Below, piece after piece: positions 38,125 through 48,510 of a stretch of 64,000 nucleotides of DNA. Every line of letters begins with the position of its first letter. Position 1 is the stretch's first letter. Both the position numbers and the translations under genes were made by a program. Source of the DNA: a virus (taxonomy: Duplodnaviria > Caudoviricetes); the IMG/VR virus record IMGVR_UViG_3300033463_000012. The stretch is one strand, 5' to 3'. Under the pieces are notes generated by a model. It saw only the letters and a list, made by a program, of their open reading frames with translations. It was not told the origin of the DNA and ran no database searches.

Positions 38125-40269
38125 CTAGGATTCCGTGAAGGAAACCCCGGTTCTGGTCACTATGATGTTGAGGTTGATGAATTCCACCGTCTTGACCGGC
38201 TGAACGTATAGGTCGATGTTCAGTTCATTGTTGTCGATTGTGTAGGGGGTATTGTTGGTCGAGTCGCACACGGTATTGTATGCATAAAGACCACCACCTG
38301 CATAAATCGTCTGAAGGAACTGGTCAATGCCCGACTTCACACGAGAACGGAGAAGTTCGGTATTGGGCTCGAACAGATACGCCTGAAGGGAGGGTTCGAG
38401 GGTGTTTTCGATGTAGAGCAAGAGGCGTCGGACATTGATGCGGTCGAGAGCGGAGGCCTTGACCTGACCCGTCTTCTGTCCCCACATGTAGTCACCTGCA
38501 CCACGCACCCGCTTGGAGGTGTTGACGTTGTTGGCGTAGAGGTAGCCGATTTCCTGTTCGGTGTAGACCTTCATCTGGTCCAGGGTTCCCATCGCACCTC
38601 TATTCAGCCCGGCAGGAGCGTCCCAAACATGAGCCACATTGTCGTTGTTGGCTATGATACGACCAGCGAAGGCGACCTTAGGAAGGTAGATGTTCTTGTT
38701 GGTGTATTGGTCATAAACCAAGTCCGTGCCGGCGTAGATGCCTACATAGCTGTTTCTTGCGAAAGAATTGATATTGGGCAATTCAGTTTCAACTATGGTC
38801 TGTGCCTTCACTACATTCAACCCGGAAACGGGAATCACGGCGAAGCAGTCCCGACGAGAGGAAGCGACTTCGCAGACGGCCTGGACCAGTTCCTTGACAA
38901 TGGCGGTTTCGGTAACATAAGGAGCCATCAGGATGTTCGGGGTCACCTGTTCCTTGGAGCCGTATAGTGCTCTCCAACAATCAGCTATGCCGTCGGTCGA
39001 AGACTGATTGTATTCACCCTTAGGCAGAGCCGTGACGTTCTTGGCGGAATAGTTGAGTTCCGAGGAAATGTAGGTCACTGCCTTTTCCATTTCCACTTCA
39101 GTCCCTTCATCGGAACCACAGGAAAGTTCATATCCACTGAGAGTGACGTCAATGCTTCCGATTGTACCTTCAGACTTGATAAGGGTCTTGGTCAGGTATA
39201 TCGTAGTGCTCCGTCTGGATTCACTGTCAATTGCTTCCCAACCACCAGTGACGTCGAATTCGGTTCCATCTGCAACCAGCTTGCCTTCGGAAACCGTAAG
39301 GGAGTCAACTGCAGTTCCGCCGATTGTGGCTCCATCGATCTTGACCTTGAGAATCCCGTTTTCGAAGGTAGGATCAGCATAGGTCAGAGTCATTTCAGTG
39401 GAGCCGGAAGTCAGAGTTTCCGGAACAGTGAGCGTGGAGGAGAACAGGATCAGAGGAACAACAGGATAAAGAGTTCCTTCAATCGGTTTCTTGTTGGTGT
39501 TGACGTAGATGAAATCGGAGTATCCGTTGACCACGTCCTTGACGAACATGGAATTGCCGGAATAGTCCTTGGCCAGAGGGTCATTGGAAACCACCCAGGA
39601 TTCGGTAGGAACCAAGTCCTTCAGAGGATCAACACCGGTCCAACCTGCATCTTCAAATGACTTGTCGGTGGTCTTGGTATAGACGTTGATTCTGTAGTAT
39701 TTTACCGGTTCGCCATTGATGTTGGTTTCGGGATATTTCCCCGCCCAGGTATAGCCATAGGTATAGGCCATAGTCTGAGTTTCGGTGTTGTCTTCGGTCA
39801 CCACGATGATGCCAATGTTGTCGCTTTCGTTCGAAGCGCCAAGTGCAGTGATGACCAGAGGCGAATCAGTGATCTGTTCAGCAGGATAATACTTGTTCGG
39901 CTGGTTGCCGTCTTCGTATCCATCTTCAGAAAAGATGTCTTTGCCTTCGGATTCCTGTCCTTCCTTCCATGATTCACCATCGACCTTGATGTAGCCAACT
40001 GTGTCGTTCTCGGTGGCTGGACGAGTGAACCACATGAAATCGGATGCCTTGAGGAATTCGATTGCGGTGTAGATCGGGTATTCATCTCCATTAATGGGCG
40101 CGCCGAACTTGGACACGAAGTCCTTGTTGCTCGTGGTCAAAACCCGTCTGTTGGTCATGCCCTTGGGAGTCCGGCCCACCAAAGCACCGACGTTGGTGCC
40201 AGCGGGAACGGTCACTTCGGACAAGTCTATCTCTTTGACCTGTACGCCTGGTGCTCTGTATGATGCCAT
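38125..40269 (-). CDS. gp18: Tail sheath protein
   Basis: PGVQVKEID, APAGLNRG, WGQKT, RINVRRL, FEPN. Confidence 0.95.
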   Translation of the reverse strand: MASYRAPGVQVKEIDLSEVTVPAGTNVGALVGRTPKGMTNRRVLTTSNKDFVSKFGAPINGDEYPIYTAIEFLKASDFMWFTRPATENDTVGYIKVDGESWKEGQESEGKDIFSEDGYEDGNQPNKYYPAEQITDSPLVITALGASNESDNIGIIVVTEDNTETQTMAYTYGYTWAGKYPETNINGEPVKYYRINVYTKTTDKSFEDAGWTGVDPLKDLVPTESWVVSNDPLAKDYSGNSMFVKDVVNGYSDFIYVNTNKKPIEGTLYPVVPLILFSSTLTVPETLTSGSTEMTLTYADPTFENGILKVKIDGATIGGTAVDSLTVSEGKLVADGTEFDVTGGWEAIDSESRRSTTIYLTKTLIKSEGTIGSIDVTLSGYELSCGSDEGTEVEMEKAVTYISSELNYSAKNVTALPKGEYNQSSTDGIADCWRALYGSKEQVTPNILMAPYVTETAIVKELVQAVCEVASSRRDCFAVIPVSGLNVVKAQTIVETELPNINSFARNSYVGIYAGTDLVYDQYTNKNIYLPKVAFAGRIIANNDNVAHVWDAPAGLNRGAMGTLDQMKVYTEQEIGYLYANNVNTSKRVRGAGDYMWGQKTGQVKASALDRINVRRLLLYIENTLEPSLQAYLFEPNTELLRSRVKSGIDQFLQTIYAGGGLYAYNTVCDSTNNTPYTIDNNELNIDLYVQPVKTVEFINLNIIVTRTGVSFTES

Positions 40270-40292
40270 ATTCGTTATCTCCTAATGATAAA

Positions 40293-40310
40293 ACTTTCTG
40301 TTGAATTTAG
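40293..40310 (-). promoter_or_regulatory. Late promoter CTAAATT-N3-CAGAA (representative of about 17 CTAAAT sites)
   Basis: Recurs just upstream of sheath, terminase, baseplate and linker-bearing genes. Confidence 0.7.
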
Positions 40311-40801
40311 AACGTGTCGCTTTCGTCATATTCCCAATCGTATATGTTCCCCACATAATCGACTTTCTTCAGTTTTTCCATCAATGACTGGGCAATGGCT
40401 TCATCTTCACCGGTTACACAGGAGATAGCATCTTCCATGCCTATATTTTTATAAGTTGGACAACTTACAATTTTGAATACATCATGATATCCGCCACCAC
40501 ATGGACCATCCCAATCATATCCATCATCATATCCTTCTGATGTAAAAGATGCAAATTCTACTGGTGAATCATCACAGTATTCTTTTACATCAAAAAGCAT
40601 TTTTGTTTCTTCTTCATTGAGATTTGCTTGTTTTGCAAGTTCCTTTAGATTCAGGTGAATTGTCGGAGGTTCACCTATTGCATTTCCAGAAGAACATGTC
40701 CATAATTCTCCTTCATTTTCTATGTCAAATTCCATAACAACATCTTCTGTATCATCCCAGCTTGAACCACTCAGATAATTGCCTTCAAACAATCTTCTCA
40801 T
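40307..40801 (-). CDS. Acidic hypothetical protein starting MRRLFEG
   Basis: AT-rich ORF with L-x-E leader. Confidence 0.7.
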   Translation of the reverse strand: MRRLFEGNYLSGSSWDDTEDVVMEFDIENEGELWTCSSGNAIGEPPTIHLNLKELAKQANLNEEETKMLFDVKEYCDDSPVEFASFTSEGYDDGYDWDGPCGGGYHDVFKIVSCPTYKNIGMEDAISCVTGEDEAIAQSLMEKLKKVDYVGNIYDWEYDESDTF

Positions 40802-40809
40802 ATCACCCC

Positions 40810-41127
40810 TCACTTCTGGTTGATCACACCAACGGTTTCGCCTTTGTCACCAACCCAGGCGTCCTTCGACTTTTCGGGAGGAGGAATCTGTTCAACGTTC
40901 GGGTTGTATTCAATTCCAAGCAGCTTCAGGAAATGATTCTCGGCTTCCTTGGCGGCATTTTCAATAACCGCCAAAGCCAGCTGTTCATCTCCATCCAAGT
41001 GCCAAAGAAGGACTTGCCATTCCTTTGATCCTGGCTTGATCGCCAACTGCTTCAATGCCTGCTTGTAGTCCGTGGTTATCGCATCTACGCAGGTGTTTTC
41101 CTTCAAATAATCCTTGAAGTTTTTCAT
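40810..41127 (-). CDS. Candidate internal head protein with capsid-targeting-like N-terminus MKNFKDYLKE
   Basis: Resembles T4 IP leader MKTYQEFIAE; CTAAAT upstream. Confidence 0.65.
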   Translation of the reverse strand: MKNFKDYLKENTCVDAITTDYKQALKQLAIKPGSKEWQVLLWHLDGDEQLALAVIENAAKEAENHFLKLLGIEYNPNVEQIPPPEKSKDAWVGDKGETVGVINQK

Positions 41128-41282
41128 TTTTGACTATCTCCTTGTCAAAATTCCTACAATCAATTTAGCCCTCAGTCCCTGGACAACTTCCTTGAGTGTC
41201 CAGGATGACTTTTCGGTCCAATTTAGAGATAACAGCTAGGTTATAGTTTCCTATGGAAAATGAACAGTAAGGTTATACCGTC

Positions 41283-42470
41283 CTAGGCCTTCTTGGGCTT
41301 TCTTCCACAGGATTTCCTTTCAATGCAGTATCCAGTCTTTTCGCATTTAGGAACGAAAAGATTGTCCGAAATCCACTTCCATTCATCGTCCAGTGCTCCT
41401 AATGCCTTCTTCAGTTCATAGGCAAGTCTGTGGATTTCATGGTATGCTCGGCCACAAAGACGCTGGTTCATGAAGTTCTCGAGCATTCTCAGGTTGCATT
41501 TCCAGATGATTTTGGTGCTCATGCCCAAAGGAAGGACATTGGCCGCATCCTCCTTTGAAACGCCGAGTTCCATCAACTTCTTGTATCCTTCCTTGATTTG
41601 ATTCATGACCTGATCATAGATTTCCTCTTGGTCAGGTTTCATCGGAGGAGTGAAGTAGTCGAATTCCGCACAATTGACATATCTGGTCGATTCCTGAAGA
41701 CGAGTTGGGGATCCTCCAATGTGGGTATAGAGTTCCCGAATTGCACGAGCGGACCACCCGGAAAGGACCACTTCAATGTCAACGAATTCCATCGTCCTAC
41801 CATGGCCTGACAGGATGCAATCCTTACCACGGGTGATGTTCTTTTCCAGATTGTCTTCCGAGTTCCAGCAAATTCCGGCCATCTTCCCGATTTTCTGCAA
41901 GGGATTTCTGGTGGTCTCGTCCAATATTACAACTTTTTCCACTTCCTTCTTTTCCACCAGTTTCGACTTGAATTCCGAGTTCCACTTCTTATCGTCCACC
42001 CAATAGGCAGGGCACTGTTTCCATGTTACGTCGAAATGGCGGATGACGTTTTCGGCCGGGATGTTGAATTCGGCCATCAGTTCCTTGGTCAATTCAATGG
42101 CCATATCAATTGTTGCCTGGTTCGGAAGGATTTCGGTCTTGGTGCTTCCGGTTCCGCAGAGTTCAATGCCTATGGAGTTCGTGTTGGTGCATTTTCCGTT
42201 GTAGGTTCCGCCTTGAGTTCCAGACAGAAGTTTCCCGCCACAATGCCAAGCCGCGTGACTGAGGGGAACGGACTGAAGGATTTCCTTGCCGTCCACGAAA
42301 AAGTGTGCAGAGGACTTGGTGACATTGTTCTTGAAGTATTTGCAGTTCCCAGCGGCCGTGTCGTTTTTGTTGGCCGTATAATGTATGACAATATAACATA
42401 CTTTGCCTAGGTCCCTGCTGGTCTTGGCGAAATTGTCCTGATGTGCCTGAACTAGTTTGTATTGCTTCAT
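41283..42470 (-). CDS. thyX: Amidase_2 endolysin domain fused in frame to ThyX flavin-dependent thymidylate synthase
   Basis: IVIHYTA, SAHF, AWHCG, SIGIE, RHFD..CP; then SGH, ELYTH..RLQESTRY, RLC. Confidence 0.85.
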   Translation of the reverse strand: MKQYKLVQAHQDNFAKTSRDLGKVCYIVIHYTANKNDTAAGNCKYFKNNVTKSSAHFFVDGKEILQSVPLSHAAWHCGGKLLSGTQGGTYNGKCTNTNSIGIELCGTGSTKTEILPNQATIDMAIELTKELMAEFNIPAENVIRHFDVTWKQCPAYWVDDKKWNSEFKSKLVEKKEVEKVVILDETTRNPLQKIGKMAGICWNSEDNLEKNITRGKDCILSGHGRTMEFVDIEVVLSGWSARAIRELYTHIGGSPTRLQESTRYVNCAEFDYFTPPMKPDQEEIYDQVMNQIKEGYKKLMELGVSKEDAANVLPLGMSTKIIWKCNLRMLENFMNQRLCGRAYHEIHRLAYELKKALGALDDEWKWISDNLFVPKCEKTGYCIERKSCGRKPKKA

Positions 42471-42570
42471 TTGGTGTCCTTGTTTGAAGAAAATAAAAAA
42501 CAAGCTTGGCGTCAACGGTCGTCGGTGCCAAAACCTGATAAATGCGCGTGTGTTTTCCCTTTGCCGCCAC

Positions 42571-44757
42571 CTACGAACATGCGGAATTCGCTCCTTTCAA
42601 CCATAATTTACGTTTGGTCAACTTGATCCTTGAATTTTGTAAAAAGAAAGAAGGATTAAAGGAAGAAGGAGTGTATAGGGTAGTTTGTCCACTCTTTATC
42701 TTCTCTTTCTTCTCTTTCTTTGATTGATTGATCTTTCTTTCTTGATCTGTATTTAGTAGGAAAGAAAGATTGAAAGGTAACCTTATGGTTGAAGAAACTG
42801 AAGGTTTCTTCACAAGGATGTCAAGAGACTGAAATGCAATGGAGGGCTCTTGCATCCTTGAGTTAGATTGATTTTCCTGGAGTAGAGATAGGAAAACCCT
42901 CTTTACTGTATCATGTTTCCTGACGTATCCAAGACGGAATACTTGAATCCTTGCTTGGTCTATGACTCTGTCTCTTTCCGTTGTCTTGAGGAAGTTCCAT
43001 AGTCTGAGATTCCATCCTTCCTCTTCAATCCAGTTCTTGAGGTGATTTCTCCATAGAGAGGCAACGTGCTGTCTTGAAAGGATCGAGTTCCTTCTCTGTT
43101 CAGGGGTATATGTGGAAGTCCAGGCAGTGGTGTAGAAATAGGATGCTGAATAGGCAAGGTCATGATCAGTCTTGTCCGTTTTGACCTTCTTGTATTCCTG
43201 GATGTAGAGGTCTGTCCATTGTTCCTTGGTAAGGGAGGAGACAAGATGACGGAGCTGGTCTGCAATTACCGCTGATGTGCGTTTCCTTTTGCCGGAAGGA
43301 GTGTAATATGTTTTTGCAGGAGCTGCAGGAGTTTGAACGATTTCCTTAGGTTCAGGTTCTGTTTCGACTTCCGGTTCTTCTTGAATCTGCTGGACAGGAG
43401 CTGGTTCCTCCGTGAATTCATCGAATGTGCCCTTCGCTTTCTTTTCATATTGATGTTCCATGACTTCCCGAATAGGAAGAAGGACATTGTTGAAGATGTA
43501 GAAATAGTCATCCTGATCATTGATGTGTTTTGAGATTTCATCAATGGAATCGGAGGAATTGAAGGCAAAAGGATTCTTGATGATGTATTTGGCGAAACCA
43601 GGGTCAGCGTGGGAGGAGGAGAATTCATTCCATCTGCTGTTGAGCCAGTCCATGAATTTGACTGCTGATTCTCTGGAAACCCACTTTTCGAACACCCAGC
43701 CAATTTGAATGTTTACTGTATGTCCTTTTTCCGTGACCTTGTTGTGGACGATGACGTAGGTCGGTTCAAATCCTTCCAAGTTCATTTCCCAAAGGAAGGA
43801 TTCAAGGTCAGCTTTCCAGCGGTTCAAGTTCATTCCGTCAATGTCAATGACAGCGACATTGGTGAATGGCTTGATTTTTGTTCTGATCTTGCCTTTTTCG
43901 ATCGAGATGATTTCACAAGGACCAGTCGAGAATGATCTGGAGTTTCTGGCGCTCCACATCATACGAATATATTCGAGGCCGGTGATCGGTTTGGAATTGT
44001 CTGGAATGACATCCATTTTTCTGTCACCGGGATGGAACATTTTTGATTGTTCAGTTCCGTCTTGACCTATCCATTTCTTTTTGGTGTTTCTGGAATAGGT
44101 TTCGAATTCTGCACCTATGCGAGGATAGACCATGTCGGTGAAATAGTCACCAGTTTCGTAGAATTCATATTTTCTTTTTTGAGAAGGTTTCAGTCGTTGT
44201 GTTTTTGGTTTGAATGAAATAATCTGATTGACTTTCTTTGATTCTTCATTCAGTTCTTTTGAATTCAAATTCTTGGTCAGTAGATTTTCAGTAGATGTGC
44301 CTATACGGAACAAATAGTTGTTGTTTTCCGAAGAAATATGGGAATTCATATAAATGTTGTTGACTTTATATGTCACCCAATCTTCAAAATCATCAGACTT
44401 GGTTTGCTCTTTGAGTTGCTTTCGTTTTCTTTCAGCTCTATTTCTCAGAGCGGCATAAACCTTTTTGTCCAGATAGTTCACAGGACCATAGAATTTTGTA
44501 GGTTTACCTTCTGGATCCTCATGCAATGGAAGTTCAAGTAGGTTTCCTATTTCCTCAAGATCAACAGTTTCTGACAATTTATGACGTTGCGTAACTTCGA
44601 CATAATCTCTGGAAACTGTATCATAATATCCTTGAAGGTAATCCTTGCTGACAAAATGGGAATCAAACTCCTCTACAGAAGACAGGAAAGACAACTGCTC
44701 CGGAAGCCGTTCCTTTTTTTCTGTTTCATTTTGTTCAGTCAAAGTGTCACACCTCAA
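42571..44757 (-). CDS. Large protein with ColE2-type replicase (primase-like) motifs
   Basis: VIDID, PTYVIV.N...GH, ADPGF...IKNPF; true start probably TTG near 44742. Confidence 0.55.
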   Translation of the reverse strand: MRCDTLTEQNETEKKERLPEQLSFLSSVEEFDSHFVSKDYLQGYYDTVSRDYVEVTQRHKLSETVDLEEIGNLLELPLHEDPEGKPTKFYGPVNYLDKKVYAALRNRAERKRKQLKEQTKSDDFEDWVTYKVNNIYMNSHISSENNNYLFRIGTSTENLLTKNLNSKELNEESKKVNQIISFKPKTQRLKPSQKRKYEFYETGDYFTDMVYPRIGAEFETYSRNTKKKWIGQDGTEQSKMFHPGDRKMDVIPDNSKPITGLEYIRMMWSARNSRSFSTGPCEIISIEKGKIRTKIKPFTNVAVIDIDGMNLNRWKADLESFLWEMNLEGFEPTYVIVHNKVTEKGHTVNIQIGWVFEKWVSRESAVKFMDWLNSRWNEFSSSHADPGFAKYIIKNPFAFNSSDSIDEISKHINDQDDYFYIFNNVLLPIREVMEHQYEKKAKGTFDEFTEEPAPVQQIQEEPEVETEPEPKEIVQTPAAPAKTYYTPSGKRKRTSAVIADQLRHLVSSLTKEQWTDLYIQEYKKVKTDKTDHDLAYSASYFYTTAWTSTYTPEQRRNSILSRQHVASLWRNHLKNWIEEEGWNLRLWNFLKTTERDRVIDQARIQVFRLGYVRKHDTVKRVFLSLLQENQSNSRMQEPSIAFQSLDILVKKPSVSSTIRLPFNLSFLLNTDQERKINQSKKEKKEKIKSGQTTLYTPSSFNPSFFLQNSRIKLTKRKLWLKGANSACS

Positions 44758-44854
44758 TTGAATTTACTTTTTAGCTGTATTGCGTCTTTTGAGCATTTCA
44801 TTCACCTTTTCACAAAGAAGAATTCAATAATGTCAAAAATGTTTCTCTTTCCAT

Positions 44855-45091
44855 TTAATTCAAACACCTCGACACAAATGAAAGTTCCTGACCAAGAATA
44901 TCCGTCAGGTGATCATGAAGGTCATTTTGAAAACCTAGAAATTCATTGCTGAAATAGCTCCAAGACAAATCTTCCAGAAACATATGAAAATCAAGTTCCG
45001 GAGTAATGTCCTTTTCGAACAAATTGAAAATTGTTTCAGTATCACCCAACCATCCAGCCAATTTGTAGATTTCTATATCTGACATTCGCAA
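44855..45091 (-). CDS. Small hypothetical protein
   Basis: 78 aa ORF. Confidence 0.45.
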   Translation of the reverse strand: MRMSDIEIYKLAGWLGDTETIFNLFEKDITPELDFHMFLEDLSWSYFSNEFLGFQNDLHDHLTDILGQELSFVSRCLN

Positions 45092-45191
45092 CCCTTTGGA
45101 TAGGACATAATCCTACCCCCTCTATAATATAGCAAGGTAGAGGATAAAAAGTCAAAATCAAATTGGCCAAAATAAAACGAAATGGCCATAA

Positions 45192-45221
45192 TGTTAGTAG
45201 ATTGTTAGTAGATTGTTAGTA
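45192..45221. repeat. 11-bp tandem repeat TGTTAGTAGAT (about 2.7 copies) at the strand switch
   Basis: Directly visible in AT-rich divergent intergenic DNA. Confidence 0.8.
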
Positions 45222-45385
45222 ATTTCACCATTATTTTACATAGAGTTTACAATAAGGAGATTCATACCCTTAAAGAAACTAAAATCTGAGCCAAAAATTT
45301 TTACAGATGGCTAGCATATATAGTGTACATTTGAGCAGTATATTGATTATATTTACACTAACCCCAACAAACAGAAGGCATCATC

Positions 45386-46414
45386 TTGAAACACATCAAA
45401 CTTTCCGACCTAAAAGAGTTCAAGGACTTTGTTCCTGTGGCTCATGAACCAGAATTCATTTCCTCTGACGTCGCGACCATCAATCTCCTCTTTTCCGGAG
45501 ACGTGAATGGCGGTATCGAGAAGGGCGTCATCAACATGATTTCAGCCGACTCGTCCCTAGGCAAGTCCATGATCGCTTTGAAGTTCCTGAAGAATGCACA
45601 GCGAAAAGGAATGGACTGCTATGTGATTGACTCCGAAACAGCTTTCAATCCCAAAATGGCGGAAGAATTCGGTGTTGACATTTCCGAAGACGCCCTTACG
45701 GTTTTCCAAACTTCCGAAATTGTCAAGATCAAACAGATCATTGCGAAGCTGGCGGAAGGAAGAACAATCGAAGAACGCAGAAACACCTTCATCGTTCTTG
45801 ACTCCTGGGGCACACTTGTTTCTCCTGTGATTTTGACAAAGGCCGAAGAAGGATCAGAAACCAAGGACCTTTCGCTTTCTCAGTGGAAGAACGACTTGGC
45901 CAACTGCTTGAAGGCATTCGGTCAGACCTACATCGTGGTCAATCACGTCATGGCAAACGTTGGTGGATTCGGCGACCCGCTCGGGGTCCCAGGAGGAAAA
46001 CGCCTCTATTTTAATTCTCAGAACGTTGTCCTAGGCATGAGCAAGGCGAAGCAGAAGGACGAAGAAGGGGACGTCGAAGGTGCAATCATCACCGCCATGG
46101 CTCACAAGGGTCGCACAGTGAAGGAAAAGTCCAAACTTCGTTTCCGTATCATGCACTCCGGTGGCCTTGATCCTTTCTATGGTCTGCTCCCCGACGCTGA
46201 AGAAGGTGGATATGTAATCAAGCCTAAGGCCGGTCGTTATTCTCGTCCTTCCGTTCCTGATGACAAGCCATGGAAGGAAACCGAAATCTACTGCAAGGAA
46301 TTCTGGGTGCCGCTTTTCCAGAACACCGACTTCAAGGAATATCTGAAGAACAAGTATACCTATCAGGCGAAGGAAGGAGAAACTTCCGACCTTTCTTCTG
46401 AATACTCCTTCTGA
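45386..46414 (+). CDS. uvsX: RecA-like recombinase
   Basis: ADSSLGKS, IDSE, VLDSWG, VVNH, GGK. Confidence 0.92.
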   Translation: MKHIKLSDLKEFKDFVPVAHEPEFISSDVATINLLFSGDVNGGIEKGVINMISADSSLGKSMIALKFLKNAQRKGMDCYVIDSETAFNPKMAEEFGVDISEDALTVFQTSEIVKIKQIIAKLAEGRTIEERRNTFIVLDSWGTLVSPVILTKAEEGSETKDLSLSQWKNDLANCLKAFGQTYIVVNHVMANVGGFGDPLGVPGGKRLYFNSQNVVLGMSKAKQKDEEGDVEGAIITAMAHKGRTVKEKSKLRFRIMHSGGLDPFYGLLPDAEEGGYVIKPKAGRYSRPSVPDDKPWKETEIYCKEFWVPLFQNTDFKEYLKNKYTYQAKEGETSDLSSEYSF

Positions 46415-46466
46415 TCAAGTCTAGATTAAGCAGAACAAAACCTCAACAACCAAAGGAAACACAAGC

Positions 46467-47159
46467 ATGCAAGTCACCTACAACTCCGAACTGCTCAAGG
46501 CCATCAACGACCTGACCATCATCAACGATCGTCTGGCCATCAACAAGGAAGACGAAGAAGTGAACATCAAGGCGAGCGACGAAGCCCACCTCATCATGTA
46601 TCACCTCTCGGCTCCTCTTGAAAATCTGAATCTCTCGGACACCATTGCCTTCTTTGACTATTCCCGTTTCTACAACAAGTTCTCGATGTTCGAAAATCCT
46701 ACCTTGGAAATCGACGAGGGGAACATCACTTGCAAGAGCGGGAATCGGGTGGCGACTCACAACCTCGCCTCCACTTCGGTGATCGGGAATGCCTTCAACA
46801 AGATCAACATTCCTTCGATTGACATGAAGTTCAAGCTGACCGCGGAGATGATAAAGAATTTCAAGGACCTCACCTCCAGTGCCTACTTCGACTCCAACCG
46901 CATCACCCTTGACTTCAACAATGACGTCGCCAGCTACAAGTGCCATTCCACCAAGCACGCCAACACATTCACTGATGATCTGACGGCTGAACGGGTGACC
47001 GAAGAGAAGTTCGACGTCACAATCGACGCCAAGGTCCTTTCCCTCATTCCTTCGGCCAACTATGACGTCAGCGTTTCTTCCGCCGGCATCATGGAAATGG
47101 CAATGGAACGCACCGACAACATTTCCGTCAAGCTGTATGTTGCACGGGTAGCTGAATAA
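46467..47159 (+). CDS. gp45: Sliding clamp
   Basis: 230 aa; IN..L, FFDY..F, ANYDVSVS..G pattern. Confidence 0.75.
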   Translation: MQVTYNSELLKAINDLTIINDRLAINKEDEEVNIKASDEAHLIMYHLSAPLENLNLSDTIAFFDYSRFYNKFSMFENPTLEIDEGNITCKSGNRVATHNLASTSVIGNAFNKINIPSIDMKFKLTAEMIKNFKDLTSSAYFDSNRITLDFNNDVASYKCHSTKHANTFTDDLTAERVTEEKFDVTIDAKVLSLIPSANYDVSVSSAGIMEMAMERTDNISVKLYVARVAE

Positions 47160-47650
47160 TGGCGAGAAGAAAGAAGGAAGAAAAGACAGAACAGGTCGAA
47201 GGGGAGGTCAAATCCTCCCCTGATACCGCTGTTCAGGACACCCCTGAAATCCCGAAGCCGACTGTCCCTCGGGAAAAGTTGATCGAAGAGATGAACAAAC
47301 TTTCACCACTTGATCGACTCAAGATGTTGGCAAAGGTCATGGGTGTGCAGATGAACGAACCGAATCCTGATTGTCCGGTATGTCACGGGAACGGATATAC
47401 TGAGGTGAAAGAGGACGGGGAAGTTCAACCCTGCATGTGCATCTTTCCTGGTTTCGGAAACGTCAGATTGAACAGGGAACAGAGAAGGAAGTTGGCGAGA
47501 CAGAGGAGGAAACAGAAATGCCGGAATACACATACCATTGCAAGAAACACGGAAACTTCACTGTCCAAAAGTCAATGGACAAAGCAAGCGAACCCGAATA
47601 CTGCATCAAATGCGGAGAACAAGCCGAGCGAGTCTGGAACGCCAACATAG
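47159..47650 (+). CDS. Hypothetical zinc-finger protein
   Basis: CPVCHGNG...PCMC, NREQRR. Confidence 0.65.
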   Translation: MARRKKEEKTEQVEGEVKSSPDTAVQDTPEIPKPTVPREKLIEEMNKLSPLDRLKMLAKVMGVQMNEPNPDCPVCHGNGYTEVKEDGEVQPCMCIFPGFGNVRLNREQRRKLARQRRKQKCRNTHTIARNTETSLSKSQWTKQANPNTASNAENKPSESGTPT

Positions 47651-47742
47651 ATCAGACGATGTATCAGCGGGAGAATTGGAGGAAGAACATTTCACCCGGT
47701 GATTACGGAAAAGTCTTGAACGGAGAACGGGACCCTTATTGA
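47518..47742 (+). CDS. FmdB-like zinc-ribbon protein
   Basis: MPEYTYHC..H...C..CG; GGAG SD. Confidence 0.75.
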   Translation: MPEYTYHCKKHGNFTVQKSMDKASEPEYCIKCGEQAERVWNANIDQTMYQRENWRKNISPGDYGKVLNGERDPY

Positions 47743-47767
47743 GGTCCCTTTCTTTTTTCATAAACTT

Positions 47768-47800
47768 TGATCACTTTGGCCGAAAAGTTATTATATTATA
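47768..47800 (+). promoter_or_regulatory. Early sigma70-like promoter
   Basis: TTGATC-16-TATTATATT followed by AGAACCAC. Confidence 0.65.
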
Positions 47801-47833
47801 TTCAGAACCACAGATGATCACAAGGAGGATCAC

Positions 47834-48118
47834 ATGCCTCAATTCGAACGCGAACTCACCCGAAACATCGCCGAGGGTTTGGTCAAGGAATTCATGGCCA
47901 AGCACAATCTCGAAAACATTGCCCAGAGTCGCCGGACCTATATGTTCGACTTCAACGGCTACCGAGTCACCCTGAACTGCCAGATGTGGTGCTTCGCTGT
48001 AAAGAATCGCGAGGCCTATGGGATCAGGGACGAATCCGCTATTTCCATGATCAAAGCTGACCTCGCGAGGATCGAAGATGGAACCCTTCCTAAAGACAAG
48101 CCGAGCATCTTTGACTGA
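47834..48118 (+). CDS. Hypothetical early protein
   Basis: AAGGAGG SD. Confidence 0.75.
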   Translation: MPQFERELTRNIAEGLVKEFMAKHNLENIAQSRRTYMFDFNGYRVTLNCQMWCFAVKNREAYGIRDESAISMIKADLARIEDGTLPKDKPSIFD

Positions 48119-48440
48119 TGCTCAGATTGACTTCTCGAACAAGCTGCTGAACAAAATCTTCGTAGTCAAGTTGCAAGAAGATGGCTGGGTGAAGTCTGGA
48201 ATCTTCCCTAGCTATGGGTCGACGCTTATTATATATAGGGCAGATGAGTCCTACCTTATCTACACCCTGAAGCTGAACAAGTCCGGTGTACCCATTATTA
48301 ACTGGGTCACAACTAAAAATCCTATAAATTTCTATCGTCCCTCCCTCGGTGGAATGGCAGTTCAGTCCGAGGCGAAGATGTACAGTGAGTCCATGGAAGA
48401 TTTTTTTGCAAGAATAATTGGAGAAATTCGGCTAAAATGA
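48078..48440 (+). CDS. Hypothetical protein
   Basis: 120 aa ORF, start uncertain. Confidence 0.5.
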   Translation: MEPFLKTSRASLTDAQIDFSNKLLNKIFVVKLQEDGWVKSGIFPSYGSTLIIYRADESYLIYTLKLNKSGVPIINWVTTKNPINFYRPSLGGMAVQSEAKMYSESMEDFFARIIGEIRLK

Positions 48441-48476
48441 CCAACTTTCGAAAAAAATGCATTTTTATGAAAAAAG

Positions 48477-48510
48477 TTGGTTCCGTTTTGGCCAAAAGTT
48501 ATTATATTAT
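48477..48510 (+). promoter_or_regulatory. Early sigma70-like promoter
   Basis: TTGGTT-17-TATTATATT with A-rich upstream tract. Confidence 0.65.

Noticed and set aside
45192-45221. CRISPR array
   Set aside because: Short contiguous tandem repeat without spacers; no spaced repeat array seen in the window
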